Of a stretch of 32,000 nt of DNA, positions 8,297 through 16,697 are shown in pieces. Position 1 is the first letter of the stretch; every line of letters starts with the position of its first letter. The notes below the pieces were generated by a model. That model was not told where the DNA came from. It ran no database searches and saw only the letters and a list, made by a program, of their open reading frames with translations. The stretch spans positions 3,127,833 through 3,159,832 of the forward strand of contig NZ_CP054394.1 in the NCBI RefSeq assembly GCF_022539405.1. The letters run 5' to 3'. The position numbers were made by a program, and so were the translations under genes. The stretch comes from Natranaerofaba carboxydovora. GTDB lineage: Bacteria; Bacillota; Natranaerobiia; Natranaerobiales; Natranaerofabaceae.

Positions 8297-10480
8297 ATGT
8301 CAATTGAAGAGATTTATGAAGGTGCTTTGGAGGAGTTAGAACAGCCACCTAAACCGCTTTTTAAGAAAGCTATAGATGGTGCGATTGTTGCTGTCAGTTA
8401 TGCAGAGATTCTCTTAAACCAAGCGATTAGAGAGTATGGTGAAGACCAAGAGGTAAAGTATCCAGATACTGCTTATTATTTACCTGTAATGACAGCACTT
8501 AGTGGAGAAAAAGTAGAAACTCTTGGGGAGCTACCACCTATATTAAATAGATTACGCCAACAGGTGAGAGAAGAATACACTTTTGAAAATGCAAGATTAG
8601 CCGGGGAAGCTACTCTGTATGCGGCAGAAATTATTGAGGCTCTTAGATATGTAAGAGAAGAGGAACCCCATGTTGAACCATGGTCAGGATTCTTAAGAGA
8701 CCCGATCTTAAGAAAGTATGGAATACAGCTAGTTGACTGGTCTATACCAGGACAGACTGTTATTCTTGGAAGAGCTAGATCTTCTGAAGAAGCTGCAGAG
8801 CTTGTTAGAGATCTACAGAGTAAAGGCATGATGCTCTTTATCGCAGATGAAGTTATTGAGCAGCTGCTAGAGCAGGATATGAAGCTAGGGGTAGACTATA
8901 TTGCCTTCCCTGTAGGTAACTTTACTCAGGTGATTCATGCTGTAAACTTTGCTCTTAGAGCAGGATTAGCTTTTGGTGGTATGCCACCAGGAGAAAGAGA
9001 TCAAGCAAGAGATTATCAGTATAGAAGAGTTCGCTGTTTTGTACTTCATCTTGGTGAGATTGATGACGTAAAAGCTGCAGCTCACTTTGGAGCTATTTTC
9101 CTAGGATTTGCAGTAATAACCGACCAAGAATTACAAGAAGGAATGAGAATCCCAGACTGGTATGAATCAGAACAGGATTACAAGGAAATGGTCAAACTAG
9201 GTATGGAGCTTAGAGGAATAAAAATCGAGACTTCAGAGATTGACGCGCCAATCACAGTTGGACCTGCTTTTGAGGGTGAGACAATCAGAAGAGGAGATAT
9301 GCACGCTGAATTTGGCGGCAAGTCATCTACTGCTTTTGAAGTTGTCCGCATGGTTGAAGATAGAGACGAAATCGAAGACGGCAAGGTGATCCACGAAGGT
9401 CCAGACTTAGACGAAATTGAAGAAGGCGGAACACTTCCTCTAGGAATTATTGTAGACGTTTATGGAAGAAAGATGCAGCGTGACTTTGAAGGTGTTCTAG
9501 AGCGTAGAGTACACGGATTTACTAACTATGGTGAAGGATTGTGGCACGTTGCACAGCGTGACTTCGTTTGGATCAGAGTTAGTAAAGACGCTTACGAAAA
9601 AGGCTTTAGAATGAAGCATCTTGGTGAAATATTAAAAACTAAATTAAAAGAAGACTTCTCACAGGTTATTGACAGAATTCAGGTAACTATTATAACTGAT
9701 GAGAACAAAGTTAACGAAGAAATAGAAGGCGCAAGAGAAAGATATAGAGAAAGAGACGAAAAGATTGCCCAGCTAAATGATGAATCAGTAGATACTTTCT
9801 ATTCATGTCTGCTGTGTCAGTCCTTTGCTCCAAATCACGTATGTGTTATTACTCCTGATAGGGTTGGACTTTGTGGAGCGATCAGTTGGCTAGACGCTAA
9901 AGCGTCTAATGAAATGGATCCTCATGGCCCAAATCAGCCTATACCAAAAGATGGAACTATAGATGAAGAAAAAGGAATGTGGGAAGCTGTAAACGAAGCC
10001 GTATACAAAGACTCAAACCGTAACCTTGAAGAAGTTAACCTTTACACTTTAATGGAAAAACCAATGACTTCCTGCGGTTGCTTTGAGGCCATTATAGCAA
10101 TGGTGCCAGAAGCAAATGGAGTTATGATTACCACAAGAGACCACGGTGGAATGACTCCGTGCGGTATGAACTTCTCAACTCTAGCAGGATCAGTTGGTGG
10201 AGGAGTTCAGACACCTGGATTTATGGGTGTAGGTAGAACCTATATGTTAAGTCCAAAGTTTATTAAAGCTGACGGTGGACTTGCAAGGGTTATCTGGATG
10301 CCAAAGAGCTTAAAAGAATTCCTAGGGGATGACTTAAGGAAACGTGCCGAAGAAGACGGTCTAGGAGAAGACTTTGTTGACAAAATTGCCGATGAAGAAG
10401 TAGGAGAAACTGCTGAAGAGATCTTGTCATTCTTACAAGAAAAAGATCATCCAGCGCTTTCAATGGATCCAATGATGTAA
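8297..10480 (+). CDS. acsB: Acetyl-CoA synthase (AcsB, A-cluster subunit)
   Basis: Near-colinear resemblance to Moorella AcsB, e.g. YAEILLNQAIR, NFENARLAGEAT, GPAFEGE. A-cluster ligand motifs CLLCQSFAPNHVCVITPDRVGLCGA and SCGCFE are present. 727 aa. Confidence 0.96.
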   Translation: MSIEEIYEGALEELEQPPKPLFKKAIDGAIVAVSYAEILLNQAIREYGEDQEVKYPDTAYYLPVMTALSGEKVETLGELPPILNRLRQQVREEYTFENARLAGEATLYAAEIIEALRYVREEEPHVEPWSGFLRDPILRKYGIQLVDWSIPGQTVILGRARSSEEAAELVRDLQSKGMMLFIADEVIEQLLEQDMKLGVDYIAFPVGNFTQVIHAVNFALRAGLAFGGMPPGERDQARDYQYRRVRCFVLHLGEIDDVKAAAHFGAIFLGFAVITDQELQEGMRIPDWYESEQDYKEMVKLGMELRGIKIETSEIDAPITVGPAFEGETIRRGDMHAEFGGKSSTAFEVVRMVEDRDEIEDGKVIHEGPDLDEIEEGGTLPLGIIVDVYGRKMQRDFEGVLERRVHGFTNYGEGLWHVAQRDFVWIRVSKDAYEKGFRMKHLGEILKTKLKEDFSQVIDRIQVTIITDENKVNEEIEGARERYRERDEKIAQLNDESVDTFYSCLLCQSFAPNHVCVITPDRVGLCGAISWLDAKASNEMDPHGPNQPIPKDGTIDEEKGMWEAVNEAVYKDSNRNLEEVNLYTLMEKPMTSCGCFEAIIAMVPEANGVMITTRDHGGMTPCGMNFSTLAGSVGGGVQTPGFMGVGRTYMLSPKFIKADGGLARVIWMPKSLKEFLGDDLRKRAEEDGLGEDFVDKIADEEVGETAEEILSFLQEKDHPALSMDPMM

Positions 10481-10522
10481 TTAATAAGCTCAAAAAAATG
10501 TAAAAAAAATAAACAAGTATAA

Positions 10523-10560
10523 ATCTCTACGGCTCGTGATACTTTGCGAGCCGTAGAGAT
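10523..10560 (+). other. Perfect 14-bp stem-loop between acsB and acsC (no downstream U tract)
   Basis: ATCTCTACGGCTCG (10523-10536), 10-nt loop, CGAGCCGTAGAGAT (10547-10560). Followed by TAAAAATTAT, not a T run. Possibly an mRNA stability/processing element or a weak attenuator. Confidence 0.5.
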
Positions 10561-10595
10561 TAAAAATTATACAAAAAAAGAAAGGGGATGAAACT

Positions 10596-11930
10596 GTGGC
10601 ACTTACAGGATTAGAAATTTATAAGCATTTACCAAAAAAGAATTGTGGAGAATGTGGGCCACCGACATGTCTTGCATTTGCTATGAACCTTGCTGCTGGA
10701 AAAGCGCAGCTAGATTCTTGTCCATACGTTAGTGATGAGGCAAAAGAGGCATTAGATTCAGCTGCAGCACCGCCAATCAAACTAGTAGAAATCGGTAAAG
10801 ACGATAAGAAAGTTGAAATTGGTGATGAAACAGAACTGTTTAGACACGAAAAGAAATTCTTTCACCCGACTTTAGTTGCATTTAAGATAAGTGACAATGA
10901 TAATGTTTCTGATGAAATAAAGAAAATTAATGAGAATTCAACCTATGAGAGGGTTGGACTTGAATACAAGGTTGAACTTGTTGCAATAGAATCAGAGTCA
11001 GGAGATCCTGATAAGTTTAAGCAAGCTGTAGAGACCGTTAAGAACGAAGGAAACCATGCAATGATTCTTATGAGCGAAGACCCTGAGGTGATCAAAGCAG
11101 GGCTTGAAGTAGCAAAAGACGAAAATCCAATGGTATATCCAGCAACCGAAGAAAATTGCGAAAAAATGGTCGAGCTAGTAAAAGATGGTGATTTGCCGCT
11201 AGGTGTTAAAGGAAATAACTTGGAGCAAACTAAAGATCTTGTAGAAAAGATTCACGAGGCTGGTCATAAGAACTTGGTTCTAGACAGCGGTGCAAGGGAG
11301 ACATCTCAAGTAGTTGCAGACATGACCCAGATTAGACGTCAGGCTGTTAAGAAAAAATTCAGGCCATTTGGATATCCGGCTATAGCATTCACTACAAAAG
11401 AAGATCCAATGAAGGAGATAGTCCAGGCTACTTCTTACGTATCCAAGTACGCAGGTATAGTGGTACTACAGTCAGCTCGTGAAAAGGCGGAAGTACTTCC
11501 ACTATTATCTTGGAGACAGAATCTATACACTGATCCACAGAAGCCAATACAGGTTGAGCAGAAGGTTGGCAAGGTTGGCGAGCCAGACGAAAATTCACCT
11601 GTATACATTACAGTTAACTTCTCGCTAGCTTATTATCTAGTTGAAGGTGAGGTTGAAGAGAGTAGAATACCATCGTATATTTTGCCAGTAGATACTGATG
11701 GAACATCCGTCCTGACTGCTTGGGCTGCAGGTAAGTTCTCACCGGAAGCAATCGCCCAAGCCATTAAAGATAGTGGCTTAGAAGATATGGTCTCGCATAG
11801 ACAATTGGTTATACCAGGACACGTTGCGGTATTAAGTGGTAAGCTAGGAGAAGAGTCTGGATGGGAAGTTGTAGTAGGTCCAAGAGAAGCATCAGAAATA
11901 CCTGCATTTGCTAAAGAGAAATTCAAATAA
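10596..11930 (+). CDS. acsC: Corrinoid iron-sulfur protein large subunit (AcsC, CFeSP gamma)
   Basis: GTG start after RBS AAAGGGGA. N-terminal [4Fe-4S] domain LPKKNCGECGPPTCLAFAMNLAAGKAQLDSC. 444 aa. Position between acsB and acsD. Confidence 0.92.
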   Translation: MALTGLEIYKHLPKKNCGECGPPTCLAFAMNLAAGKAQLDSCPYVSDEAKEALDSAAAPPIKLVEIGKDDKKVEIGDETELFRHEKKFFHPTLVAFKISDNDNVSDEIKKINENSTYERVGLEYKVELVAIESESGDPDKFKQAVETVKNEGNHAMILMSEDPEVIKAGLEVAKDENPMVYPATEENCEKMVELVKDGDLPLGVKGNNLEQTKDLVEKIHEAGHKNLVLDSGARETSQVVADMTQIRRQAVKKKFRPFGYPAIAFTTKEDPMKEIVQATSYVSKYAGIVVLQSAREKAEVLPLLSWRQNLYTDPQKPIQVEQKVGKVGEPDENSPVYITVNFSLAYYLVEGEVEESRIPSYILPVDTDGTSVLTAWAAGKFSPEAIAQAIKDSGLEDMVSHRQLVIPGHVAVLSGKLGEESGWEVVVGPREASEIPAFAKEKFK

Positions 11931-11989
11931 AAATAAAGCGATTTCGCCGTATAAATTAAAACCCTAAATGAAAGGAGAGAAGATAAAAT

Positions 11990-12964
11990 ATGTCTTTTTC
12001 ACTAGAGAAAGAACGTTATAGAAGTAAAGTTAGAGAAGTGGTCCTTGGTGCAACTAAAGAGGACGGAGGCACTAGAGGTCACACAATAACAGTAGGAGGG
12101 GAGTCAACCCTTCCCTATCAACACTATGAAGGTGACATGCCTAATACTCCTGTAGTAGGTATGGAAGTTTGGGATATTGTTCCAGAAGGCTGGGAAGATG
12201 AGCTAAAAGAACAATTTAGTGACGTCCTTGATAACCCTGCCGAATGGGCCAAAAAGAATGTAAATGAATATAATGCTGAATTTATATGTTTAAGATTACA
12301 GGGAGCACATCCTGATGAAGGGGATAAATCACCTGAAGAGTGTGTAAAAGTAGTAAAAGAGGTGCTAGAAGCAGTAGATGTACCAATTATGGTATATGGT
12401 TGTAGAAAAGAAGAAAAGGATAATGAAGTAATACCGAAGGTGGCTGAAGAGGCTTCAGGAGAAAACCTGCTTTTAGGTGTTACTGAGGAAGAAAACTATA
12501 AGTCAATTACAGCTGCTTGTATGGTTCACGGTCATACAGTTATTGCTAAATCACCGATCGACATAAATATTTGTAAGCAGTTAAATATTCTAATAAATGA
12601 AATGGGCTTAGATACTGGCAAGATAATTATTGACCCAACTATTGCAGCGCTTGGATACGGTATTGAGTACGGATATTCAATTATGGAAAGAGCAAGAATG
12701 GGAGCCCTTCAAGGGGACAATATGCTTGCTATGCCAATGATCGGTATGATCGGCGAAGAAGCATGGAGAGCTAAAGAGACGAAAGCACCTGAATCAGACT
12801 TCCCTGGCTGGGGAGAGCAAAAGACCAGAAGTATCCTTTGGGAGGCTGTAACTGCATCATCCTTACTACAAGGCGGCCTTGATATTCTAGTTATGCGTCA
12901 TCCAAAGGCAGTTGAAATGGTAAAGGAGAATATCGAAGAGTTAATGCAAGATAACAGTTATTAA
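11990..12964 (+). CDS. acsD: Corrinoid iron-sulfur protein small subunit (AcsD, CFeSP delta)
   Basis: 324-aa TIM-barrel-type protein directly after acsC. RBS AAAGGAGAG. Size and position are canonical for AcsD. Confidence 0.88.
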   Translation: MSFSLEKERYRSKVREVVLGATKEDGGTRGHTITVGGESTLPYQHYEGDMPNTPVVGMEVWDIVPEGWEDELKEQFSDVLDNPAEWAKKNVNEYNAEFICLRLQGAHPDEGDKSPEECVKVVKEVLEAVDVPIMVYGCRKEEKDNEVIPKVAEEASGENLLLGVTEEENYKSITAACMVHGHTVIAKSPIDINICKQLNILINEMGLDTGKIIIDPTIAALGYGIEYGYSIMERARMGALQGDNMLAMPMIGMIGEEAWRAKETKAPESDFPGWGEQKTRSILWEAVTASSLLQGGLDILVMRHPKAVEMVKENIEELMQDNSY

Positions 12965-12975
12965 TTTAAATATAA

Positions 12976-13785
<810 letters not shown>

Positions 13786-13866
13786 ATTGCAGTAAAAGTA
13801 GAGTTGCAGGGCTAGTTTGTGCAGAAAATTATTCAAAGAAAAGATTCCGTCTATTATAGTAGAAAA

Positions 13867-13914
13867 AGAGGAGACGCTCGGTGGACAGCTCGCTCGGGAG
13901 GGTCTCCTCTTTCT
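13867..13914 (+). terminator. Rho-independent terminator after acsE
   Basis: GC-rich stem AGAGGAGAC (13867-13875) / GTCTCCTCT (13902-13910), with additional inner pairs, followed by TTCT. Confidence 0.7.
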
Positions 13915-14146
13915 ACCATTTAGACCACATGACTTATAAGTGAAAAGAATACTAAAGTGAAAAAAATTACAGGACTTGTTGGTGACTACAATGTAGAATT
14001 AGTGTCGTAGTGTTTTTTCTACTATGATGACATGGAAGTAATAAGAACACCTAGAAAATATATATCATGAATGTAGTGAACTGGGTGTTATTTTTATTCG
14101 TCATGATAAGATACACTTTTATAAAGACCCTCTAAATACCTCAATA

Positions 14147-14175
14147 TTGAAAGCTTATCCTTAGAGTGCGATATT
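14147..14175 (+). promoter_or_regulatory. Candidate sigma-A promoter for metV-metF (would give a ~240-nt leader)
   Basis: TTGAAA (14147-14152), 17-nt spacer, GATATT (14170-14175). No experimental support; other AT-rich hexamer pairs exist in this region. Confidence 0.25.
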
Positions 14176-14420
14176 TTGATTTAAGTGATAAGGTTGTTCC
14201 ATTTTAAGAAGTTAAAAAAGTTGCATATACTACCATCTATTACCGGTTGGCACAAATAAGCCTGGGGTGTATGCTAATGGTGCATGCAAAAAACTAGATT
14301 TTTTATGGACTAACTCACGTATAGAATTGGATTCGTAAAATTCATCGCCTTGCATGTGAATGCTGTGTTATGTGTGTAGCACCAGAGGAATTTAGGTCCA
14401 ATAGAAGGGAAGGTGTCGAA

Positions 14421-15095
14421 ATGATAATAGCAGAAAGAAAACCATTGGATAGAATTTTAGAAAACATCAAGCCATTCAAGAAGGTTTTGGTTCTAGGCTG
14501 TCGAACATGTGTAGCGGTTTGTTTGGCAGGCGGTGAAAAAGAAGCCGAAGCTTTGGCTAGAACAATAGACCTAAAAAATAAAAAAGAAGGTAATGATGTA
14601 CAAGTGGATTTCGCCAGCCTAGAGAGACAGTGTGAGTTTGAGTTTGTAGAGGACTTTGAACAGGAACTGAAAGATTACGATGTAATACTTTCCATGGCTT
14701 GTGGTGCAGGTCCACAAACGATAGTTGCGAAATACCCAGAAGTTAAGGTTTTACCAGCAGTAAACACAACTTTTATCGGAATGCCAAAAGAGCAGGGAGT
14801 TTGGGTAGAACAATGCGTTGCTTGCGGAGATTGTGAGCTTGACAAGACTATGGGTATTTGCCCTATAGCCAAATGTTCTAAGAGTATGATGAACGGTCCA
14901 TGTGGTGGTTCTCAAGATGGAAAATGCGAGATTGATAAAGAACTTGATTGCGGCTGGCACCTTATCTATGAAAGACTAAAAGAACTTGGAATGTCTGACA
15001 GAATGAACACAATCGAACCACCTAAAGATTGGTCCACTTCGCACTCTGGCGGTCCAAGAAAACAGGTGAGGGAGGATGTTGAACTTGAAAGCTAA
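14421..15095 (+). CDS. metV: Methylene-THF reductase small Fe-S/zinc-ribbon subunit MetV
   Basis: Cys-rich ~220-aa protein (CRTCVAVC, CVACGDCELDKTMGICP, CGGSQDGKCE) directly preceding and overlapping metF. Start chosen at ATG 14421 (MIIAERKPL) after RBS GAAGGGAAGGTG, rather than the track's 14370. Confidence 0.85.
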   Translation: MIIAERKPLDRILENIKPFKKVLVLGCRTCVAVCLAGGEKEAEALARTIDLKNKKEGNDVQVDFASLERQCEFEFVEDFEQELKDYDVILSMACGAGPQTIVAKYPEVKVLPAVNTTFIGMPKEQGVWVEQCVACGDCELDKTMGICPIAKCSKSMMNGPCGGSQDGKCEIDKELDCGWHLIYERLKELGMSDRMNTIEPPKDWSTSHSGGPRKQVREDVELES

Positions 15096-16005
15096 AACTA
15101 ATTTACAAAAAGTACTAGAAAGTGGAGAGTTTGCGGTGACAGCCGAAGTAGGTCCTCCCAAGGGGCCTAATATTGATGAATTGTTAGAACATGCAGAAGA
15201 ATATAAGGATATGGTAGATGCGTTTAATGTAACAGATAATCAAACAGCAATAGTGAGAGTCTCCAGTTTAGCCACTTGTATTAAATTACAAGAAGTTGGC
15301 GTTGAACCTATTTTGCAGATGACTGTAAGAGATAGAAATCGAATTGGCCTACAGAGTGATTTGCTTGGAGCTAATACTCATGGTATCACAAATGTATTGT
15401 GTCTATCAGGTGATCACCAGTCTTTTGGAGATGAACCAGGAGCAAAAGGAGTATTTGATTTAGACTCAACCCAGCTAATCTGGACTCTTAAAAGAATGAG
15501 AGATGACAATAAGTTTATTGGAGGAGAAGACTTAGAATCAGAGTGCGATTTTTATATTGGCGCTGTTGCTAATCCATTTGCAGATCCTTTTGAATATAGA
15601 GTAGATAGGCTTGAGAAGAAAATCGCTGCTGGAGTTCAGTACGTTCAAACTCAGGCAATTTTTGATATGGATAGATTTAAGAAATGGATGAAGGAAGTAC
15701 GTGATAGAGGTCTTCATAAAGAAGTAAAAATTATGGCAGGCGTAATTCCGATTAAAGCTGTTGGTGCAGCAAGATACATGCAAAAGCATGTTTCTGGTAT
15801 AACTGTTCCTGAAGAAGTGATCGAAAGGTTTAAATCAGCTGAAGATAAAAAGAAAGAGGGAATAAAGTTCTGTGTTGAACAGATAAAAGAAATCCAGGAA
15901 ATTGAAGGTGTTGCTGGTGTTCATATGATGCCCGTGGCATGGGAAGAAGCTATCCCAGAAATAGTTGAACAGGCAGATTTGTTGCCACGTCCTAAATTTG
16001 ACTAA
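15076..16005 (+). CDS. metF: 5,10-methylenetetrahydrofolate reductase MetF
   Basis: MTHFR barrel motifs (FAVTAEVGPPKG, NVTDNQ, LCLSGDH). Overlaps the metV 3' end. ATG 15076 abuts the RBS GGAGG, so in-frame TTG 15085 (9-nt spacing) is an alternative start. Confidence 0.9.
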   Translation: MLNLKAKTNLQKVLESGEFAVTAEVGPPKGPNIDELLEHAEEYKDMVDAFNVTDNQTAIVRVSSLATCIKLQEVGVEPILQMTVRDRNRIGLQSDLLGANTHGITNVLCLSGDHQSFGDEPGAKGVFDLDSTQLIWTLKRMRDDNKFIGGEDLESECDFYIGAVANPFADPFEYRVDRLEKKIAAGVQYVQTQAIFDMDRFKKWMKEVRDRGLHKEVKIMAGVIPIKAVGAARYMQKHVSGITVPEEVIERFKSAEDKKKEGIKFCVEQIKEIQEIEGVAGVHMMPVAWEEAIPEIVEQADLLPRPKFD

Positions 16006-16087
16006 ACGACGAAGGCTAGTCCTGCAGGAACTTAATTAGCAATATCCGGTATCGGACTCAATATTACTAAAAAATATAATCAGAAAT

Positions 16088-16126
16088 AAAAAAACCAGGC
16101 TTTTTAAACAAAAGCTTGGTTTTTTA
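16088..16126. terminator. Terminator after metF (A-run/stem/T-run, potentially bidirectional)
   Basis: AAAAAAACCAGGC ... GCTTGGTTTTTT: 6-bp core (one G-U) extended by A:T pairs, 13-nt loop, T run. Confidence 0.6.
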
Positions 16127-16162
16127 TTGAGTATGACTCTAAGTTATAATAAAATTGTAATA

Positions 16163-16200
16163 CGAAAGTAAAACTTCCCTTATTAACAATAAAGGGAAGT
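16163..16200 (-). terminator. Terminator of the ylbF-like gene
   Basis: 9-bp stem ACTTCCCTT (16173-16181) / AAGGGAAGT (16192-16200). On the minus strand it is followed by TTTACTTTCG. Lies ~20 nt downstream of the stop. Confidence 0.6.
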
Positions 16201-16221
16201 CTTACTAAAAGCATAAGTATT

Positions 16222-16560
16222 TTATTCACTTTCTTCGCTGCTTAAAGCTTGTGTTACAGTTTCATTAACCTGCTTCATTACCTGATCAAATTGCTGTTGT
16301 GCTTCCATCAAATTCTTAATTGTTTCATTTTCTTGCATTTGACCTTGTAGACTTTGTAAAGATTGTACAACATTTTGATCTACTGCCTCGCCAGACTGTT
16401 GGGCAGTTTGAAGCTGTTCTTGCTTTTGCTGAAAATCGTTAATCAGATCTTGTGCTGCAGGGTCGAGCTTTAGTTTTGCCTCAGCACTTTTTAAGTCTTC
16501 ATATTCCTGTGTTTGCTTGATCTCTTCAGCCAATTCCATGGCTTTTTCTGAAATGCTCAT
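16222..16560 (-). CDS. YlbF/YmcA/YheA-family helical protein (UPF0342-like cell-fate regulator family)
   Basis: Small acidic, Gln-rich, all-helical protein (MSISEKAMELAEEIKQTQEYEDLKSAEAKLKLDPAAQDLINDFQQKQ...), the typical family pattern. The first ATG (16572) abuts the RBS GAGGAGG, so the Met at 16560 is the likelier start. Confidence 0.6.
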   Translation of the reverse strand: MSISEKAMELAEEIKQTQEYEDLKSAEAKLKLDPAAQDLINDFQQKQEQLQTAQQSGEAVDQNVVQSLQSLQGQMQENETIKNLMEAQQQFDQVMKQVNETVTQALSSEESE

Positions 16561-16697
16561 TTTAAAAAACATACCTCCTCAATATTTAAAAAACTTATTC
16601 TAAGTCTATAATTTATTAAAAAATAAGACCAATGTAAAGCCCTAAAATCAAATTATTTAAAAATATTGCAAAGCCATCAAAAAAAGGAGGAATATTT

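Noticed and set aside
14067-14135. 22-codon hydrophobic sORF (MNVVNWVLFLFVMIRYTFIKTL) in the acsE-metV spacer, reminiscent of type I toxins
   Set aside because: There is no Shine-Dalgarno sequence upstream and no evident antisense RNA promoter. ORFs of this length arise by chance in AT-rich DNA. It is kept only as a note under the spacer finding.
14222-14288. Possible riboswitch upstream of metV; tested by eye for SAM-I/S-box, ZTP/pfl (partial GCCTGGG at 14260-14266), THF and cobalamin B12-box
   Set aside because: Only a 7-nt partial resemblance to the ZTP 3' motif was found. The expected 5' sub-domain is missing and the spacing is wrong. No S-box, THF or B12-box core sequences were found. 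A covariance-model search is needed before any call.
14370-14420. Upstream extension of metV (track start ATG 14370)
   Set aside because: There is no RBS before 14370, and the added 17 residues (MCVAPEEFRSNRREGVE) look non-native. ATG 14421 follows GAAGGGAAGGTG at good spacing.
16573-16697. NrdR box or cobalamin riboswitch upstream of nrdJ
   Set aside because: The spacer is only 125 nt. No paired NrdR-type palindromes and no B12-box were seen.
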